This document shows, in pieces, positions 58,872-64,000 of a stretch of 64,000 bases of DNA. Source of the stretch: an uncultured Fibrobacterota bacterium (GTDB lineage Bacteria; Fibrobacterota; Chitinivibrionia; Chitinivibrionales; FEN-1185). The stretch lies in contig CAVSQB010000020.1 in NCBI GenBank assembly GCA_963729895.1, forward strand, positions 1 to 64,000, read 5' to 3'. The position numbers and the translations under genes are program-made. Below the pieces are notes generated by a model. That model was given only the letters and a program-made list of their open reading frames with translations, searched no databases and had not been told where the DNA came from. Within the stretch, counting starts at the first letter, position 1. Each line of letters begins with the position of its first letter.

Positions 58872-61337
58872 TTATTTGGCCTTTTTAGCCGCGCGGCCGG
58901 CCGGAAAAGAGTTCGCTCTTGCACCCGTTCCATCCTTTCTCCACATGCCCCATGTTCCGAGCCCAAGAGTTATTGCAAGCGAAGCCAGAGAGAGGATCAA
59001 CCCTTTCTTGAACATGGAGGTAGAAAAATAGCATGAAACCTCGTGGTGCCCCTTGCCCACAGGAATTGCACGAAGCGCATAATCGGCCCTGTACACTGGC
59101 GCAGGCCTTCCGTCCACCGTGGCCTTCCACGAAGGATAGAAGATTTCGCTCAGCATGGCAAGGCCGTTTTGGGGAGTCGTTACATCGAGGTCGATCCTGT
59201 TGAGGGAGTAGTTCATGATGCGGCAGTTCCACAAGGTGTCTGCCACGCCGGTATCCTTGGCAAGGGCAGGCTGTTGTTCGAGAATAACGGACTTCTTGTA
59301 ATCGAATGAAGGTGAGTAAAGCAGAGGAAGAATCTTGTCCTCGTCAGGCTCAACCGTATAGTCGTACACCATTCGACAGCGCGGAAAATACGTAGGATTT
59401 GCAGCAAGGGACATCTGCCCTCTGTCGTCCACCGCAATCTTGAACTTCACGTTTAGAATGTCGAGTGTCCGGTCTTTGCGGTTGACCAGCTGTCGCTTGA
59501 GCCTGAGCGGGTTGTATCCTTCCATGAGGAACAGCCGGTGTACGCTGCCCTGGTTCTTGCGAAACGCCATGTACGGGCCGCCCAGGTCATCGGTGCCCGG
59601 GTTCGAGCTCCGCGAATTTATCCTGAAGAACTCGGTTTTCCCCATTTCCTGCAATTCTTCCACCGCGGCCGTCTTTGCATACATGGCGCCCGGATCGATT
59701 GTGCCGGCAGCAAACCCGAATCCGAATGCCGCGAAATCGAGCACTGCCGTGATAATTAGGAAGAAGGCGGTGGTTCGAGCGGAGATTTTTCCTCTCAGGC
59801 GAGCAACGCATATTCCTGCAACGCAAACGACCATCCCGGCAAATAGCCACATGCCTTTGAGGACGTTCGGATATATCTGTTTGTCAACATAGTTTGCAAT
59901 GTCCGCGCTGCCTGCCCCGAACCGCCCGGACGCAAGCATAAAGTCCACTATCCCGTTCTTGAATGCGCCGAAAGCGGCGAGAAGCGCCCATGCCACGCAC
60001 CCTGCGGCAGCCAGAAGCATGATTCGTTCCAGAAGCAGTTTCTTTTTCGCGTTGTGCCCGGGCGTTTTACCTTGCAACCAGGTGAGACAAAAACCGGCGA
60101 GCAGGGAAACGGACAGTGAAAACAGGTAGGCAAAGCGGCCCGGAATCCGGAAGGCGTTGAGCGCAGGCAAAAATTTGAAGGCAAGCCAATACAAGAAGAA
60201 CGAATTACCCATCGACAGTAAAAAACTGACGATCGCCATGATTGAGAGGAACACCGTGAGAGGCGTCCGAACGAAAAATGGCGCGATTGCCGCCAGGGCA
60301 AGCGATATGGTGCCGGTATAAATTGCGGTTTCCCAGTAATTGTGCGCTCCTCCGTTGACGTCTTCTTCCGATATTCCCCAATATGCGTTTTTCTGGGGCC
60401 GGCCAAAGTAATTGGGAACAAACAGGGTGACAAGCCTGTATGGCCTTAGCGACCCCTCACACGACTCGGAAAAAGTCATGTGGGGCCTTACGGAATTCCT
60501 GGCAAGCTCCTGGGTGGGGAGCAACTGGACGGCAGCCATGCCGATTCCCAGCGCTACCAGCACGACAAAAAGCACCCCGCGTCTCACTTCGGACAAGACG
60601 CGCGTCTTTTCCCTGATGCGACTCACCAGACCGAACGCGTAGTAGGCTGCCAGCCAGTAATACATGTGCACCATAAGCTGCGGATAGCCGCACAGGAAAA
60701 TGGTGCACAGCACAATCGCGGTGAGCGACGCGTACAGGAGGCTGATCCTGTCCATGGCGCGTTTGAACAAGAAGATCGCAAGCGGAAACCATGCGGCAGC
60801 ATGAATGAGGTTCTCGTGAAAAATGTGGGTGGTGAAGAACCCGCAGAACATGAAGGTGATGCCCGAAAGCAGGCTGCCGTACCTGCTCGCGCCGAATTCG
60901 CGGCTCAGCAGGTACATGAAGCATCCTGCCATGGCGATGTGCACCACAATCTGATACTCGACCAGAAGCGGGCTCAGCCATTCTTTGCTTGCGAAGGGCG
61001 TAAGCACAAGGTTGAGCGGGTAGAGCACGGCAGCCTGCACATCGGCAAAAAAGGGCATGCCCGAAAACACGTACGGGTTCCAGAAAGGGAAAACGCCCTG
61101 TTTGAGAGATACCGCAGCAAAGAGCCGGTACACAAAGTTCTGCTCGAGGAAATCATTCCAGAGGAACCCTTTACCAACAAGAATAGGCCAGTAGAAAATT
61201 GCGGTAAGCCCGACGAGAATCGCGGCAGGAACTAACATTTTCCACCGTGCCGGGGGCAAAGACGTCACCGGCGCATCACCGTGCGGGAATGCCCCCTTCG
61301 CTCTCTCCTCTTTGATCTTCTTCCCTGGCGAATCCAT
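58872..61337 (-). CDS. YfhO-family (GT-C fold) membrane protein
   Basis: PFWNPY..SGMPF.AD, FRIPGRF, SEIFYPSWKATVDG and GHHEV motifs; many TMs. Confidence 0.88.
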   Translation of the reverse strand: MDSPGKKIKEERAKGAFPHGDAPVTSLPPARWKMLVPAAILVGLTAIFYWPILVGKGFLWNDFLEQNFVYRLFAAVSLKQGVFPFWNPYVFSGMPFFADVQAAVLYPLNLVLTPFASKEWLSPLLVEYQIVVHIAMAGCFMYLLSREFGASRYGSLLSGITFMFCGFFTTHIFHENLIHAAAWFPLAIFLFKRAMDRISLLYASLTAIVLCTIFLCGYPQLMVHMYYWLAAYYAFGLVSRIREKTRVLSEVRRGVLFVVLVALGIGMAAVQLLPTQELARNSVRPHMTFSESCEGSLRPYRLVTLFVPNYFGRPQKNAYWGISEEDVNGGAHNYWETAIYTGTISLALAAIAPFFVRTPLTVFLSIMAIVSFLLSMGNSFFLYWLAFKFLPALNAFRIPGRFAYLFSLSVSLLAGFCLTWLQGKTPGHNAKKKLLLERIMLLAAAGCVAWALLAAFGAFKNGIVDFMLASGRFGAGSADIANYVDKQIYPNVLKGMWLFAGMVVCVAGICVARLRGKISARTTAFFLIITAVLDFAAFGFGFAAGTIDPGAMYAKTAAVEELQEMGKTEFFRINSRSSNPGTDDLGGPYMAFRKNQGSVHRLFLMEGYNPLRLKRQLVNRKDRTLDILNVKFKIAVDDRGQMSLAANPTYFPRCRMVYDYTVEPDEDKILPLLYSPSFDYKKSVILEQQPALAKDTGVADTLWNCRIMNYSLNRIDLDVTTPQNGLAMLSEIFYPSWKATVDGRPAPVYRADYALRAIPVGKGHHEVSCYFSTSMFKKGLILSLASLAITLGLGTWGMWRKDGTGARANSFPAGRAAKKAK

Positions 61338-61368
61338 AGCGCCATTATTTCCTTTGAATCCGGGGCGG

Positions 61369-61833
61369 CTAGTACTGTCCGCTACCCCTGCTTTTCGAAA
61401 ACACCCAGAAATGTCCGATGAGGAAATTGACGGCCGCCCCGAACCCGATGCCGATCAGGTTGGAAACATGGTAGTTGGGGACGTTGGGGACATGGTAGTT
61501 GACATGGAGGACCTCGGTCAGCAGTACCAGGAGGCCCCAGTTCACGACAAGCGCCGTGACGCCTGACGAAAGATGGAACTTCAACAGCATGTAGGCAAAC
61601 GAACGTTTGCTTTCGGCCTTCCGGTCCTTCCACGTCCAGAAGTAGTTCCAGAGGAAATTGTTGACAACAGCGCATTCTATCGCCATGATGCTTGCGATGC
61701 GGTAATCGAACCGGGCACACGCGGTGAATACGTGCAGCAGGCCCACGTTGACCACAACGCCGCTGCCGCCCACAAGACCGAATTTGACAAATCGTACAAC
61801 CGGCGATGCTGCAGCAGGGGTCGATTCGTTCAC
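61369..61833 (-). CDS. GtrA-family flippase
   Basis: FVKFGLVG, NNFLWN..WTW and NF...WVF motifs. Confidence 0.88.
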   Translation of the reverse strand: MNESTPAAASPVVRFVKFGLVGGSGVVVNVGLLHVFTACARFDYRIASIMAIECAVVNNFLWNYFWTWKDRKAESKRSFAYMLLKFHLSSGVTALVVNWGLLVLLTEVLHVNYHVPNVPNYHVSNLIGIGFGAAVNFLIGHFWVFSKSRGSGQY

Positions 61834-61909
61834 GGCAACAACGTCTTTCTATTGCAGGGGCCGCCCGGCCGAGGTCGGGCGCACTGCCGCCTGCCCTGCG
61901 AGAGGAAAG

Positions 61910-62683
61910 CTACGGGCACGTCTGCGTGGAGTCCCAGTTGAGCTCGGCCCGATTGGTAAGCCAACCGACGAAGGTAGGATCCAGGGCGTTGATTGCGGCG
62001 GGGCAGATGCTGTTGCTGTCGATTTGGATATACCCGAGCAAGGTGTCGAGGCGAAGCGACGCGGGCAGCGTTGTGAGTTTGTTGTTGTTAAGCGTCAGCC
62101 TGCTCAGATTGACGAGATTTGAAGCCAGAGGGGAAAGACTGTCAAGCTGGTTATAGTCGAGGTCGAGCTGCTGGAGCGCGGTGATTGTCCACAGGCTTTG
62201 CGGCAGAGACGAAAGAGCATTATGAGACAAGAGGAGCGTTCTCAGTGAATGCAGTGATCCTATTTCGGAAGGGAGACTCGCGAGCTGGTTATATGACATT
62301 TGGATATAAACAAGCGACGTGCACTTGCCGATTTCACCGGGCAGGACCGCAATGCTGTTCGTGTCCATGCGCAGTATCTCGAGCGCGGTAAGCGCCTTGA
62401 TCTGGGCGGGAATCACGCGGAGGCCTTTGTTGCTGAGCTTAAGTTCCACAATGCGATGAAAGTTGGTAACGGAGTCGAGCGCCAAAGTCACGATGGAGGC
62501 GCTTCCCGCAGAGATAGTCGAAATGCCGTTGGAATCGAGCATGGCCCGCAGCGCCAGGGTATCGGAGTAGTCGAAAACCGCGCCCGACTGCTGGCTCGGG
62601 TTAGTAGCTGAATTCTTGGCGCACGACATAAGCACAAACGCGAGAGCGCATGCAAAAATGCCAAAAACCTTGAGCGTCTTCAT
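61910..62683 (-). CDS. Leucine-rich-repeat lipoprotein
   Basis: LMSC lipobox and about six 23-aa LxxLxLxxNxLxxLP repeats. Confidence 0.85.
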   Translation of the reverse strand: MKTLKVFGIFACALAFVLMSCAKNSATNPSQQSGAVFDYSDTLALRAMLDSNGISTISAGSASIVTLALDSVTNFHRIVELKLSNKGLRVIPAQIKALTALEILRMDTNSIAVLPGEIGKCTSLVYIQMSYNQLASLPSEIGSLHSLRTLLLSHNALSSLPQSLWTITALQQLDLDYNQLDSLSPLASNLVNLSRLTLNNNKLTTLPASLRLDTLLGYIQIDSNSICPAAINALDPTFVGWLTNRAELNWDSTQTCP

Positions 62684-63037
62684 GTCCTTGTCCTTTCCTC
62701 TTTGAAAAGGGTTCCCGTGCGATGATCGGCGAGCATGTGAAGAGCCAGTTCACTATCGATAAAGATAATTTGTGCCCCTGCACGGCAAAACCCTTGTGTA
62801 AAATGTATCCCGAACCCATTCTCACCGGATGCGAACGGCAGGGATTATTTTTTGGGGGCATTTCCTGTAGCGCCGTTTTGACAAAAGGCATTATAGGAGT
62901 GATCCGAACGGCTTGTTTCGACGCCCGGGCCGGGGTTCGCGGTGAGGCTTTTGCGAGACCTTTTCAAACAGAATAGGGCACGCTTCCTTCTCACGGCATT
63001 CCGACGAGCCGTGTGCCACGCCGGAATACCGCACTAT

Positions 63038-63934
63038 ATGAACAAGAGCTTCAAGGCTTTTCTTCGATGGACACTCCTGGTTGTTGCGGCATGCGGCCCG
63101 TGCCGTGCCGACACTGCGCAGGCTGCGCCGGCCGCGTGCGCGAACGAAGGCGAGTGGTGCAGGCTGGATCTGCTCAACCAGTACCCGCCTCCTTTTCACA
63201 AGCACTTTGTCGATTCCATCCTGGACAAGAAGCAATTCTCTTTTGCGTTCGGCCTCAGATCCCTCGACAGCGTGCCCTTCATAAATGGGGAAAAATTCGT
63301 CTACGACGTCGGCTGGGGGCCGCTGCGCGCCGGGTTCGTCATCCTCGAAACTTCCCTGGACCCGGCAAGCGGCCTGTTTGTGGTTACCGGCAAGGGAATG
63401 ACCAATAACTTCTTCAGCGCTTTTTACAAAGTGCGCGACTACATTTGCACCACGATGGACCCGAAAGGGATCTATCCGTTCTTTTTTGAGCAGCACTTGC
63501 GCGAAGGACGGTACAAAGATAACCGGTGGGAGATGTTCGACCAGGCCGGCCACCGCGCGTACACTCATTCGAACGACACCGGTTTCACGGAGGTTCCTCC
63601 CTTCGTGCAGAACTACTTCTCCCTTGTCACCTATGTTCGCTCTCTGTCTTTTGCACCCGGTGATTCGTTCTTCACCGACTGCTTCGTGCACACGAAATCA
63701 TATCGCATCGTCTCGCATTGCGTAGAGAGGAAGCCGGTTGCAGTTCAGGCAGGCACCTTCAACTGCCTGCTGGTAAAGCCGGTCCTCGTGGGCGAGGGAC
63801 GGGTATTTTCCAAGAAAGACGAAATCCGGTTGTGGCTCACCGACGATGGCTACAAGATGCCGGTGATGGTAAAGGCAAAAATTGCGGTGGGATCCATCAC
63901 GGCGCGGCTCATTTGGTACGAGCGGAAGGAGTAG
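63038..63934 (+). CDS. DUF3108-domain protein
   Basis: GEKFVYDV, FYKVRD, V.AGTFNC and LWLTDD..KMPV motifs. The start is uncertain. Confidence 0.75.
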   Translation: MNKSFKAFLRWTLLVVAACGPCRADTAQAAPAACANEGEWCRLDLLNQYPPPFHKHFVDSILDKKQFSFAFGLRSLDSVPFINGEKFVYDVGWGPLRAGFVILETSLDPASGLFVVTGKGMTNNFFSAFYKVRDYICTTMDPKGIYPFFFEQHLREGRYKDNRWEMFDQAGHRAYTHSNDTGFTEVPPFVQNYFSLVTYVRSLSFAPGDSFFTDCFVHTKSYRIVSHCVERKPVAVQAGTFNCLLVKPVLVGEGRVFSKKDEIRLWLTDDGYKMPVMVKAKIAVGSITARLIWYERKE

Positions 63935-63939
63935 GCTTC

Positions 63940-64000
63940 ATGCTCCAAACCGTTCTTCAACTCGATACCCGGCTCTTCCTCTTTTTCAACCACACCATTG
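63940..64000 (+). CDS. Partial ORF, possibly PAP2-family phosphatase
   Basis: MLQTVLQLDTRLFLFFNHTI resembles PAP2 N-termini; truncated by the window edge. Confidence 0.35.
   Translation, partial: MLQTVLQLDTRLFLFFNHTI

Noticed and set aside
1..64000. CRISPR array, cas genes, tRNA/rRNA, prophage, reverse transcriptase or defence genes
   Set aside because: No regularly spaced repeats or diagnostic motifs were seen by eye; a formal scan was not possible.

Overview
GC-rich bacterial chromosomal window. The T9SS-type C-terminal domain, FecR-fold fusions and unusual beta-barrel paralogues suggest a Fibrobacterota/Chitinivibrionia-like organism, but this is inference. Housekeeping genes include alaA-like, ribDE-BA-H, nusB, pepP-like, dus, tadA, def, yajC and era. 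Also present: a surface-polysaccharide locus (wza, ExeA-type ATPase, an extended Wzc, an SLBB-FecR-LCP fusion, rfbD, rfbB); a type IV pilus-associated cluster (acidic TPR scaffold, PilT/PilU); glycosyltransferase genes; and a lower-GC sugar-utilisation cassette (stand-alone T9SS-CTD protein, GH3, two paralogous outer-membrane proteins, FucP/GluP MFS). The most striking feature is two apparently identical 1305-bp IS copies with a DDE transposase resembling Rv2807/IS1604, CG...CG ends, repeated subterminal motifs and separate 4-bp target duplications. Both copies lie in the same orientation with the left end exactly 26 bp from the first base of a predicted sigma70 -35 box, which suggests promoter-guided targeting. 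All calls were made by eye; no database searches were run.
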